From Spirochaetia bacterium (GTDB lineage Bacteria; Spirochaetota; Spirochaetia; CADAEX01): DNA of 31,491 nt. The number at the start of each line of letters is the position of its first letter. Position 1 is the stretch's first letter. The DNA lies in NCBI GenBank assembly GCA_963662265.2, contig CAXXHA010000025.1, positions 1-31,491 on the forward strand, given 5' to 3'. A model generated the notes under the pieces. That model saw only the letters and a list, made by a program, of their open reading frames with translations, did no database searches and was not told the DNA's origin. Below, in pieces: positions 8,570-17,748 of this stretch. The position numbers were made by a program, and so were the translations under genes.

Positions 8570-10212
8570 TATTTTGAAAGATCCGCATCTTCTATGACTC
8601 TCAGGAGTTCAGGAAGAAGCTGCTTTTTCCTGGAAAGTATTCCTGGCAGATAAAACATATTATCTTCGATTTTTTTATAGATTATCTGGTCTTCAGCCTC
8701 TTTCTGGTCAGTTGCTATCAGAACAGATGTTTCATTGATAACATCTGTGATAAGCAGCATAATCCAGTCGAGTTTTCTTTCTAATTTCTGTTTTTCAAGT
8801 TCTGCGAGCAGTTTTTCCTTCAGCCTGCTTGCCCCGTCAAGGTTGATAACTTCGGCCTGTCCGATAGCAAAAGAGAAATTCTCCTGCCTGTATTCTTTGA
8901 GGTCTGAACATATAAGATCTTCAGGTGATGTTTTTTCCAGAACTGCGCTCTGTTCCTGAAGTTCCCTTCCGTATTCTTCAATTGAAAGACCGCATATTTC
9001 AGAGAGTTTTTCCGCAGCCTTTATATCCTCTTTAGTTGTAGTAGGTGATTTCAGTACAACAGTATCAGAAATAATGCCTGCGAGAAGAAGCATTGCAGTC
9101 TGTTTTGATATTTCTACTCCGTAGGTATCAAACATCCCTGATATAATAGTGCTTGTGCTTCCAACCGGCCGGATGCTCATGTAAATCGGTTTTCGTGTTG
9201 GCTGAGGCGCAAGTCTGTGATGGTCAATAATTTCAACAATATCAGCCTGGTCAGCGCCCCTTACAGACTGTGCTGCTTCGTTATGGTCAACCATTATGAT
9301 TTTTTTTCGCGGTTTTTCAATGAAACACTGCCTTGTAACAAGACCAATGAAGTTGTTATCATCAAAAACAGGGACTCCCCTGTACCTTGAATTGATAAAA
9401 AGCTGTTTCCCTTTGTCAAAATCGCTTTCAGCCTGGATAATTACAGGATCTTCATTCATTAATTCACCGACAGGAGCGCTGAGCCTGAGCAGCCTTATAG
9501 TTTCCGCTGTATCGGTTTTTGAAACAAAAACTGTTCCCTTGTAGTCATCGAAACTGATAGGCAGTTTTGTATCATCAACTCCTGTAAGAATAATTGCAGG
9601 GAAATCATTCTGAATTGCTGTATTTATAATATCTTCCCTCAAACCCACGACAAGTACCGGTTTATCAGGTTTCAGCATTTCAATTCGTTCCCTGCTCACA
9701 TCTACAGGCATGGCACCTGTCATTATAGGGGCAGTGAATTCCTTCCTGTCTCCTATTTTGTAAAAAAATCCGGGCAGAACTTTCTTGAAATTATTTATTC
9801 TGAAACTGTAGGCAGGTCTTTTCCCGAGGTTTTCCGATATAAGGAAACTTGTAATCTGGTGGGTTGTGACTATTCCCATAAACTCTGTTTCATCATGGAA
9901 AACAGGTATAGAGCTTATGTTTTCATTATCAAGTTTCTTTATTGCCTCGAATATAGGTTCATTCCTGTCAATGGAAATAACGTCCCGTATTGTAACATCT
10001 GAAACCTTGACAGAAACATCTTTTATCAGTGAAGGAGGTTCTATACCTGCTTTGGCAAAAGCGGCCTTTGTCTGGTTGTTAAGACTTCCGCATCTGCCAG
10101 GAACATATGTGTTTTCCGGGTCTGTTTTGCTTTTCAGTTCCGCATAACACCATGCAGCGCAAACTGAATCCATATCAGGATTTTTATGTCCGGTAATAAT
10201 TATATAAGCCAT
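8569..10212 (-). CDS. ppaC: Family II Mn-dependent inorganic pyrophosphatase with CBS-DRTGG-CBS regulatory insert
   Basis: GHKNPDMDS, VDHNE, IIDHHR, PVGSTST, ISDT...SPTTT and C-terminal SRKKQ, with a long insert containing two CBS-like repeats. Confidence 0.92.
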   Translation of the reverse strand: MAYIIITGHKNPDMDSVCAAWCYAELKSKTDPENTYVPGRCGSLNNQTKAAFAKAGIEPPSLIKDVSVKVSDVTIRDVISIDRNEPIFEAIKKLDNENISSIPVFHDETEFMGIVTTHQITSFLISENLGKRPAYSFRINNFKKVLPGFFYKIGDRKEFTAPIMTGAMPVDVSRERIEMLKPDKPVLVVGLREDIINTAIQNDFPAIILTGVDDTKLPISFDDYKGTVFVSKTDTAETIRLLRLSAPVGELMNEDPVIIQAESDFDKGKQLFINSRYRGVPVFDDNNFIGLVTRQCFIEKPRKKIIMVDHNEAAQSVRGADQADIVEIIDHHRLAPQPTRKPIYMSIRPVGSTSTIISGMFDTYGVEISKQTAMLLLAGIISDTVVLKSPTTTKEDIKAAEKLSEICGLSIEEYGRELQEQSAVLEKTSPEDLICSDLKEYRQENFSFAIGQAEVINLDGASRLKEKLLAELEKQKLERKLDWIMLLITDVINETSVLIATDQKEAEDQIIYKKIEDNMFYLPGILSRKKQLLPELLRVIEDADLSK

Positions 10213-10387
10213 TTGTAATTCCTGTTTTATATATATTTAAATTCAAGTTTTATTCAGTATATAACAATTATTAAAATCTCATAATGAAAATATTAAATAT
10301 TTGTTTTAATTATAAAATATCTAAAATAACATGAAATTGTAAAATACTTAAAAAATAATACTGAAATTCCGTTATGAAAACATATAT

Positions 10388-10705
10388 TTATAAAAAAGTA
10401 CAAGGCCTGTTCCACTGATAAGTATCAAGATCAATACTGTCTCTGCTGTTGAAGACTATCCCTTCTTCCTGTAAAAGTTTTTTCTGAAGTTCATAACCGT
10501 AACCCGGTTTCAGAGATATTGTACCTTTACTGTTTATTATTCTGTGCCACGGGAGATTTTCTTTTTCTGAAGAGCTGTGCAGAATCCATGAAACCTGTCT
10601 TGCAGAGGTCGGACTGCCTGCAAGGGAGGCTATCTGGCCGTATGTTGCAACTTTTCCGTATGGGATATCTTTTATAATTTCTGATGCTTTGCTGTAAAAA
10701 CTCAT
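10388..10705 (-). CDS. Alkyltransferase-like (ATL, YbaZ-type) DNA base-flipping protein, MGMT family
   Basis: IPYGKVATYGQIA...ARQV and PWHRII, where Trp replaces the catalytic Cys of PCHR; QKKLLQEEGI. Confidence 0.9.
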   Translation of the reverse strand: MSFYSKASEIIKDIPYGKVATYGQIASLAGSPTSARQVSWILHSSSEKENLPWHRIINSKGTISLKPGYGYELQKKLLQEEGIVFNSRDSIDLDTYQWNRPCTFL

Positions 10706-10847
10706 TTTTAAATAAAACCCTCTGTAATTAACATATTTAAAAATATTGGAAAAAGTCTATAATTCTTTCAACTGAAGGTGAAATAACAAATACTTAAAAT
10801 CAGGAAAAACCTTTAAAAAATATTAACAATGCAATATAAAAAATGTC

Positions 10848-10904
10848 AGCTGTCCGTCCTCTCCATCTTCCTCTTTAAGAGAAAAATGAGAAGAACAAAC
10901 AGCT
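10848..10904 (-). other. 27-bp RNA hairpin with 7 G-U pairs (terminator, RNase III site or stabiliser)
   Basis: AGCUGUUUGUUCUUCUCAUUUUUCUCU-UAA-AGAGGAAGAUGGAGAGGACGGACAGCU: 26 of 27 positions pair on the minus strand, and a U-run follows 4 nt later. Confidence 0.7.
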
Positions 10905-10942
10905 TATAAAAACACTGAATATATCATAAAAAGAAAACAAAC

Positions 10943-12280
10943 CTACTGGTGGTCAGAACTTCTGAAATATTTAGTCATTGATACAGATTCCATGTATTCA
11001 AGGTATTTTTCCCTGTCCATGACGGGAGTGAAATTATCTATTACAGAAACTGCTTTCTCTGCTTTTCCGTAGAGAAGGTCAATTACAGTCATGGCAAGAG
11101 CCTTGGCCGGCTGTATATAAGCTTTCTCCGGATCTGTTATTTTAAAATTTCTGGTATGGAGTCCCCCTTCCACACCGCCGGTCATGGGATGAAGTGCAGG
11201 CATTATGTGGGAAATATCGCCGAAATCAAATGAACCTGTGAAATCTCCCCCCTCAATAATTGAATCAAGACCTGATATTTTTACCGCATTTTCTCTTAAA
11301 ATATCATCGAGGTCGCTGTTGTCTAGAAGAGGCAGGTATCCCGGGATATCTTTTATCTCAACATCAGCCCCTACTGCAAGGGCTCCGGCATTGATTGCCC
11401 TGTCAACTTTTTTGTTTGCATCAAGAAGCCCCTTTATTGTTCTTCCCCTGACATAACTTTCGATTCTGACATCGGAAGGGACAACATTTACAATATCCCC
11501 GCCCTTTGTAATTATAGGATGAACCCTGATTCTGTCATGATCGGAAAAAGTCTCCCTCTGGGCATGTATATTGTTGATTGCAAGCATGGCTGCATTAAGC
11601 GCGTTTATTCCCTCTTCCGGTGCAGAGCCTGCATGGGATTCTTTTCCTGTAAATTTAATCTCTTTCCCTATGAAGCCGTTGCCTTGAGGGCCTATCAGGA
11701 AATTTTTATCTTCAGGCATGTTAAGAGCATGCATCATGACTGCAATGTCTGTATTATTAAAAAACCCTTTCTTGATAAGTTCCTGCTTGCCTCCGAAATA
11801 TGTTATTTCCCCCTTCTCCTTGAGAGATGACCGGAATGCAAGTTCAATAAATTCCTCAGCCGGTACAGCTGCAAAATTCACTTTACCTGATATATACTCA
11901 GATGCGTTTGATTTAATCAAACCGATCGCAGCTCCGATCATTACTGCAAGCTGTATGTTGTGACCGCATGCATGAACAGCACCTGTTTCAGGATCAGAAT
12001 CTTTATGATCGGGGCAGGATACCGCATCCAGTTCTCCCATGAATGTGACAGCAGGCCCTTCTTTTTTGCTGTCAAGTACTGCGCTGCATCCGGTTACAGC
12101 AATATTTTTTTCAGGTGAAAGTCCCAGCTCTTTTAAAAGGCTGAAAATTATATCGGTTGTATTGGTTTCCTTGTATCCCAGTTCCGGTTTTTTATATATA
12201 TCTTCACCAGTCTTAATTATTTTTTCCCTGTTTTTATCAATTTCCGCACATACATTTTTTTTAAGTTCATTTATATCCAT
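10943..12280 (-). CDS. M20D-family amidohydrolase (aminoacylase/AbgB-like)
   Basis: PELGYKE, GELDA, HACGHN, PAEE, VMMH, GKESHAG.APEEGINAL and GSFDFGDISH. Confidence 0.9.
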   Translation of the reverse strand: MDINELKKNVCAEIDKNREKIIKTGEDIYKKPELGYKETNTTDIIFSLLKELGLSPEKNIAVTGCSAVLDSKKEGPAVTFMGELDAVSCPDHKDSDPETGAVHACGHNIQLAVMIGAAIGLIKSNASEYISGKVNFAAVPAEEFIELAFRSSLKEKGEITYFGGKQELIKKGFFNNTDIAVMMHALNMPEDKNFLIGPQGNGFIGKEIKFTGKESHAGSAPEEGINALNAAMLAINNIHAQRETFSDHDRIRVHPIITKGGDIVNVVPSDVRIESYVRGRTIKGLLDANKKVDRAINAGALAVGADVEIKDIPGYLPLLDNSDLDDILRENAVKISGLDSIIEGGDFTGSFDFGDISHIMPALHPMTGGVEGGLHTRNFKITDPEKAYIQPAKALAMTVIDLLYGKAEKAVSVIDNFTPVMDREKYLEYMESVSMTKYFRSSDHQ

Positions 12281-12453
12281 GATTATTATCTCCCTGTATC
12301 TAAAATTTTATATCAATTGATAAGCATTATTTATATTTTCCGGAAAAATTGAAATCGGTAATTTAATATTCAGAATTATCAAAAAAGATGAAACTGAAAA
12401 AACAATTATTTCAGAAAATATAAATCAGGCAAGTCTAACAGTCTTTTAAAAAA

Positions 12454-12471
12454 GGCTGCCCTTGAGCAGCC
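12454..12471 (-). terminator. Intrinsic terminator after the DUF3100 pair
   Basis: ggctgc-ccttga-gcagcc, flanked by an A-run on the left (U-tract on the minus strand) and a T-run on the right. Confidence 0.7.
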
Positions 12472-12482
12472 CTTTTATTTAA

Positions 12483-12944
12483 TTAAATTATTCCCTGTAT
12501 TTTAAGAACAAGCTGAGCGATAAGTGCGGAACCGAAATATGTACTTGAAAATACAATAATTGCGATTAAGAGAATTTTCCAGCTGAGTTTCTTAAGCTGA
12601 GGGATTTTATTTCCTACAGAAATACCTGCAAAAGCAAGTATTGGAGTTGTTGTTGCAAGAAAACTGACTTTGTTTGTATATTCCAGAAAGAATTTTGCAG
12701 TAGGCATGAAAGGCATGCTTAATATAAGACCTATCATTGTTGCCCATGCGAAAGCGGGAAATTTAAGATTCGGGAGAAGATCCTTTATCATAAGAGCAAG
12801 CATAGCCACTATAACAACAAGTATGATTCCGGGTATTGCTTCTGTAATTGAAAGCCCGAAGCCGATTTTCTGTCCTATCAGAATCATGATTGCGACAACA
12901 ATCATTATTTTAAGCTGTTCAAGAGTGTTTTTAAGATTAAGCAT
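12483..12944 (-). CDS. Small integral membrane protein, partner of DUF3100
   Basis: 153 aa and almost entirely hydrophobic, with FLATTTPILAFAGISVG. Its start overlaps the DUF3100 stop by 1 nt. Confidence 0.8.
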   Translation of the reverse strand: MLNLKNTLEQLKIMIVVAIMILIGQKIGFGLSITEAIPGIILVVIVAMLALMIKDLLPNLKFPAFAWATMIGLILSMPFMPTAKFFLEYTNKVSFLATTTPILAFAGISVGNKIPQLKKLSWKILLIAIIVFSSTYFGSALIAQLVLKIQGII

Positions 12945-13798
12945 TATTTACCCCCCTTTTTTGCAGCGATTACAGGGTACATTTTTTTGTAGTACCAGTT
13001 GGTAAGAGGAAGTGCAATAAAGATAACTGAATACATTCCTGTAACGCCGGTAAGCATGTTACTTGTTGCAGCATATGCCAGAATTGTATCTTTCATTGCA
13101 GGATCTGCAGCAGCTGCCAGAGAACTTGATGCAGCTGTCATCATACTGCCGCTACCCATTCCTGATGCCATTGCAAGTGCATAGGGATGGATACCTGTAA
13201 AAAGGGCGAACGAACCGAGAAGTCCGAAGAAAATTGTTCCGAATACTGTTCCTATCATGTATGTGCCGAGAACCCCTGTTCCTTCGGGAGAATTCATACC
13301 GTATCTTCCCCCTATTACACCGAGAGTCGGTTCTCTGCATATACTTACTGTTGCGCCAACAGCTTCTCTTTCAAGACCAAGCAAGAGAGCAAGCGGAAGA
13401 GCTATAATTGGTGTTGCAACATTTCCAAGTTCCTGGAGAAGGAAGGCTGGACCTGCCTGAATAATTTTTACAATATTCGGCCCTACCAGGGTACCGTATT
13501 TAACACCAAGCGGAAGAAGTGCTATCAGAACCATAGGTCCTGCAGCTTCAACAGCTTCCATTGGAACTAATTTCCTGAGTGCTTTTACAGGTTTTCCGAG
13601 AACCTCAGGTGTGATAAGAATACCAATGATTACAGCGTAAAGCATTGGCAGCAGTACTACACTGCCGGGGCCCATTTTAATCTTGTGGATCCCGATCAAT
13701 TCAGAGACAATAACAATTAAAAGAACAGCAATATAAAGCTTTGCATACATGGCAAATTTACTTTTTCCAGCTGCTCCTTCATTAGCAGTATTACTCAT
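12944..13798 (-). CDS. DUF3100-family polytopic membrane protein (putative transporter subunit)
   Basis: ELIG, LLPMLYA, GPAFLLQELGN, REAVGATVSICREP, YGMNSPEG.GVLGTY..GTVFG and LAMASGMGSGSMM. AGGAG RBS. Confidence 0.85.
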   Translation of the reverse strand: MSNTANEGAAGKSKFAMYAKLYIAVLLIVIVSELIGIHKIKMGPGSVVLLPMLYAVIIGILITPEVLGKPVKALRKLVPMEAVEAAGPMVLIALLPLGVKYGTLVGPNIVKIIQAGPAFLLQELGNVATPIIALPLALLLGLEREAVGATVSICREPTLGVIGGRYGMNSPEGTGVLGTYMIGTVFGTIFFGLLGSFALFTGIHPYALAMASGMGSGSMMTAASSSLAAAADPAMKDTILAYAATSNMLTGVTGMYSVIFIALPLTNWYYKKMYPVIAAKKGGK

Positions 13799-14007
13799 AC
13801 TTTGCTCCTATAAATATTTTAACCGGATTTTATAATCAAAACCGGTTTGCTACAGCACAGGCTGTTATAAATTATAATAACATACAAACGTTTGATATTT
13901 AAACAGTTTATAATTATTTAATTTATCAGTTTCAAATATATCTATTATTTATTGTTAGTTAACAAATACTGAGAGAGATATTCTTTTTAGTGTTTAAAAT
14001 AAAAAAT

Positions 14008-14631
14008 TTAAGTTAAAACCGGGAGAACAGATAAATTCTGCGTACATGATACAGAGTTATCTGTTTTTGTAAGAATGAGAAATTTGCCGTTGGAAAGATT
14101 AATAGATTTATTCAGCAATGATATGTCTATGGAATTATAATAAGCAACAGCAGTTTTAATGGCAATCCAGTGCGAAATCAGCAGGACTGTTTTCCCATGG
14201 TCTTTTTCAAAAATCCTGTTTATTTCATTTACCATTCTTTGCTGGAGTTCTGTATATGATTCTGCACCAGGGAGAGAAAATCTTTCAGGTGATTTCCAGA
14301 AATACAGGTATTCTTCCGGATCAGAAAATTCTGTTTCTTCCTTTGTCTTTCCTTCCCATGGTCCAAGATTAATTTCTTTAAGATTATTGTTGTAAACTAA
14401 ATTAAGATTTCTGTTATCTGTTATTATTTTTGCAGTATGAACTGCCCTTTGCAAGGGGCTTGAATATACTTTATCAATCCTGATGTTTTTTAATATTTTG
14501 CCTGTATTATAAGCCTGGCTTATCCCTTGTTCAGTTAATGGAGAATTTTTATTTCCCTGAAGACGGTTATCCCTGTTCCATTCAGTTTCCCCGTGTCTTA
14601 CCAGTATTATAGATGTTGATTCGCTGTTCAT
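14008..14631 (-). CDS. Histidine phosphatase family protein (PhoE/GpmB/CobC-like)
   Basis: LVRHGETEWN...QG, YSSPLQRA, LKEINLGPWEG, PGAES and LISH. Confidence 0.9.
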   Translation of the reverse strand: MNSESTSIILVRHGETEWNRDNRLQGNKNSPLTEQGISQAYNTGKILKNIRIDKVYSSPLQRAVHTAKIITDNRNLNLVYNNNLKEINLGPWEGKTKEETEFSDPEEYLYFWKSPERFSLPGAESYTELQQRMVNEINRIFEKDHGKTVLLISHWIAIKTAVAYYNSIDISLLNKSINLSNGKFLILTKTDNSVSCTQNLSVLPVLT

Positions 14632-14770
14632 TTTTATTTTATGAAAATATCTGTCAGTGTTTCAGACAGATCCTTATATTTCAAAAATCCTTTCAAGTGT
14701 ATTTGTTTTAATAATTTATAAAAAAATAAAACTTATTACAATATGATATAATATACTTGATAAGTAACTT

Positions 14771-16582
14771 ATGATTGATTTCAAGAGCAAAGATGTAAAG
14801 TATTTTATAAAGATCTCAGTATTCATATTTGTATCACTTGTTTGTATATTTCTGACTTTTATATATTATTTTTCAAGAAATTATATAATAAGTGAAATTG
14901 ACAAGAGGCTGCTTGTCGCTGCTGAAAGTATAAAGCATATTCTGCCTGCTGATTATCATGACAGGGCTGTGAAAAATGATGGTATTTCAGAAGCTGAATA
15001 TAAAATTGCAGAAAGAAAGCTTACAGAATATGCAGACAAACTGAAATTAAAATATATATGGACAGATATTGAATACAAGGGTGAATATTATCTAACTTCA
15101 TGTAATAAAACAGATATTTCTTCTGATACAGGGCTTGAGATTTACTACTTTATGAAATATGAAGATGGTATAAGCAATGAGGAAATGATTGCCTTCAACA
15201 GCAGCGAGCCTGTTTTTTCTTTTAACAAAGATAGATGGGGACATTTCAGGACTGTATTTATTCCCTCTGTATCGCCATACGGAAATAAATATCTATCCTG
15301 TGCAGAGTATACCTTTGACTATGTTAATGAGCTTCTGAAAAACAGCACTATTTTCACACTTATCGTCTCTATAATGCTTTTTTTGATGTTTGTCCCTGTT
15401 TTTGCAACATATATTATCTATGCAGGTAAAAAGGAAAATGAACTTAAAAACAAGAACAGGGAACTTGAAGAAACTTATGAAAACCTGAGAATAACACTTC
15501 ACTCTATCAGCGACGGAGTAATAGTAACAGACAGTGATGGAAAAATTAAGATAATGAACAAGACTGCAGAGGATATTACTGGTTGTAATTTAATAAACTG
15601 TAGCGGAAAGAGTATTTCTGAAATACTTAAAATACATGATCCTGTGACAATGAAGGAAATTGATAACCCTGTTACTGAGGTATTAAAAAATGAAAATAAA
15701 GTTGAAAGCAAGGATAATGCACTTATATTCGGAAAAAATCGTCAGAAAATACGGATAAGCAGATCAGCCGCTCCAATAGAATCTTCTGATGGGGTTCTGA
15801 TCGGTGTAGTTGCAGTTATCAGGGATATCTCCAATCAGTTCCGTCTGGAAGAAGAGCTGAAACTGGCAAGGAATATTGAATCGGTCGGTAAACTTGCCGG
15901 GGGAATTGCTCATGATTACAATAATATGCTGGGAGCAATACTCAGCAGTGCAGAACTACTTCAGATGCAGGTTAAAGACAGCACGTCCCTGGAATATATA
16001 AAAATAATAATTGATATAACTCACAAGGCTGCAGAACTGACTTCCAACCTGCTGACTTTTTCACGTAAAAAAACAAAAAAAATTGAGGTGTTTAATATTA
16101 ACCGGGCTGTGAGTAATGTAGTCAGTCTTATGCAGAGGAAATTCAGTAAAAATATTGTTATTAAAACTAATCTGAATGCTGAAGAAAAATATATGAAAGG
16201 TGATATTCATGATATTGAAAATGCTCTTTATAATATTGCAGTTAATTCCAGTGATTCCATGCCGTTTGGAGGTTTTCTTAATATTTATACAGAAAACAGA
16301 TATCTTGACAGTGACTTCTGTGAAAACACTGTGTTTGAAATATCAGAGGGCAATTTTATCATGGTGAAAATTACAGATACCGGTTCCGGAATAAACAGCG
16401 AAATAATAGGTAAAATTTTCGATCCTTATTTTTCCTACGGCAAGGGAAGTGAATCAAGCGGTATTGGTCTTTCTGTTGTATACGGTACAGTCCTTGAGCA
16501 TAGCGGAGCTGTTTATGTAGAAAGCACAGAAAACACAGGTACTGAAATTGTTTTATATTTTCCGGCTGTTTATAATGAATAA
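14771..16582 (+). CDS. Membrane sensor histidine kinase (2 TM, extracytoplasmic sensor, PAS, HisKA, HATPase), no receiver domain
   Basis: PAS SISDGVIVTD...MNKTAE, H-box GIAHDYNN, N-box NIAVNS, DTGSGI, IFDPYF and GIGLSVVYG. Confidence 0.92.
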   Translation: MIDFKSKDVKYFIKISVFIFVSLVCIFLTFIYYFSRNYIISEIDKRLLVAAESIKHILPADYHDRAVKNDGISEAEYKIAERKLTEYADKLKLKYIWTDIEYKGEYYLTSCNKTDISSDTGLEIYYFMKYEDGISNEEMIAFNSSEPVFSFNKDRWGHFRTVFIPSVSPYGNKYLSCAEYTFDYVNELLKNSTIFTLIVSIMLFLMFVPVFATYIIYAGKKENELKNKNRELEETYENLRITLHSISDGVIVTDSDGKIKIMNKTAEDITGCNLINCSGKSISEILKIHDPVTMKEIDNPVTEVLKNENKVESKDNALIFGKNRQKIRISRSAAPIESSDGVLIGVVAVIRDISNQFRLEEELKLARNIESVGKLAGGIAHDYNNMLGAILSSAELLQMQVKDSTSLEYIKIIIDITHKAAELTSNLLTFSRKKTKKIEVFNINRAVSNVVSLMQRKFSKNIVIKTNLNAEEKYMKGDIHDIENALYNIAVNSSDSMPFGGFLNIYTENRYLDSDFCENTVFEISEGNFIMVKITDTGSGINSEIIGKIFDPYFSYGKGSESSGIGLSVVYGTVLEHSGAVYVESTENTGTEIVLYFPAVYNE

Positions 16583-16602
16583 GCTTAAATATCAGTTCTT
16601 AT

Positions 16603-16629
16603 AAAAAAACCCCTGCTGAAAAACAGGGG
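16603..16629 (-). terminator. Intrinsic terminator ending the sugar ABC operon, between convergent genes
   Basis: cccctg (16610-16615) and cagggg (16624-16629) form the stem; A7 at 16603-16609 gives a U-tract on the minus strand. Confidence 0.7.
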
Positions 16630-16650
16630 ATTAAAAATGCTTGATAATTT

Positions 16651-17748
16651 TTATCTGATAGCATTGCCGGTTTCAATGTCAAATAACCTTATAAGATTCA
16701 TATCCGGTTTCAGAAATACTGTATCGCCTGGTTCAAAAGAAAGTGAAGGCGGCAGTTTTGCAATAATTTTGCCGTTTCTTATGTCTGCATGGAGATGTAT
16801 TTCCTCACCCAGCTGCTCTGTAATCTGAACAGTTGTTATAATTGATTCATTTTCAATATATTTTTCTGTGTATTCGAAATTTTCAGGTCTTGTACCGAAG
16901 TTTATTTTTTTCCCGTTGTAGGGCTTGAGAATAGTTCTGAAATTTTCAGGGATGGAAAGTTTGTAGCTTCCTTCATCAAGAATTACTTCTTTACCTGAAA
17001 GATCGACTGTCATCTGGATAAAATTCATCGGAGGTGATCCAATGAATCCTGCAACAAAGGCATTGTCAGGATTATTATAGAGATCAAGAGGTGCCCCTAT
17101 CTGCATGATAATTCCGTCTTTCATAACAACGATTTTATCAGCCATAGTCATCGCTTCGACCTGGTCGTGTGTTACATAGACCATTGTTGCATTGAGTCTC
17201 TTATGAAGACTTGATATTTCAGCTCTCATCTGCACACGGAGTTTTGCATCAAGATTGGAAAGAGGCTCATCAAAAAGAAATACTTTGGGATCTCTTACAA
17301 TTGAACGGCCTACTGCTACCCTCTGTCTCTGTCCGCCTGAAAGAGCTTTTGGTTTTCTTTTCAACAGAGATTCAATATCGAGAATCTGTGCTGCTTCCAT
17401 AACTCTTTTATGAATTTCATCCTTATCAGCTTTTCTGATTTTAAGACTGAATGCCATGTTGTCATAAACGCTTAAGTGGGGATAAAGAGCATAATTCTGA
17501 AATACCATTGCAATATCCCTATCCTTGGCCTGTAGATCATTTACAACTTTTTCATTTATTTTAATTGTTCCGTCAGTTATTTCCTCAAGACCTGCTATCA
17601 TTCTGAGTGTAGTTGTTTTACCACAGCCGGAAGGGCCTACAAGAACAACAAATTCTCTGTCATTTATTTCAAAACTTATATTATCTACTACTTTTGACTC
17701 ACCGTCATAACTTTTGGAAATGTTTTTGAGTGATACATTAGCCATCAA
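16651..17748 (-). CDS. ugpC: CUT1 carbohydrate ABC transporter ATPase (UgpC/MalK/MsmX type)
   Basis: GPSGCGKTT, VFQNYALYPH, LSGGQRQR, FLFDEPLSNLDAKLR, YVTHDQ and FIGSPPMN. Confidence 0.9.
   Translation of the reverse strand: MMANVSLKNISKSYDGESKVVDNISFEINDREFVVLVGPSGCGKTTTLRMIAGLEEITDGTIKINEKVVNDLQAKDRDIAMVFQNYALYPHLSVYDNMAFSLKIRKADKDEIHKRVMEAAQILDIESLLKRKPKALSGGQRQRVAVGRSIVRDPKVFLFDEPLSNLDAKLRVQMRAEISSLHKRLNATMVYVTHDQVEAMTMADKIVVMKDGIIMQIGAPLDLYNNPDNAFVAGFIGSPPMNFIQMTVDLSGKEVILDEGSYKLSIPENFRTILKPYNGKKINFGTRPENFEYTEKYIENESIITTVQITEQLGEEIHLHADIRNGKIIAKLPPSLSFEPGDTVFLKPDMNLIRLFDIETGNAIR

Noticed and set aside
10388-10705. Inactivated O6-methylguanine methyltransferase
   Set aside because: PWHR is the normal signature of the established ATL family, not a defect.
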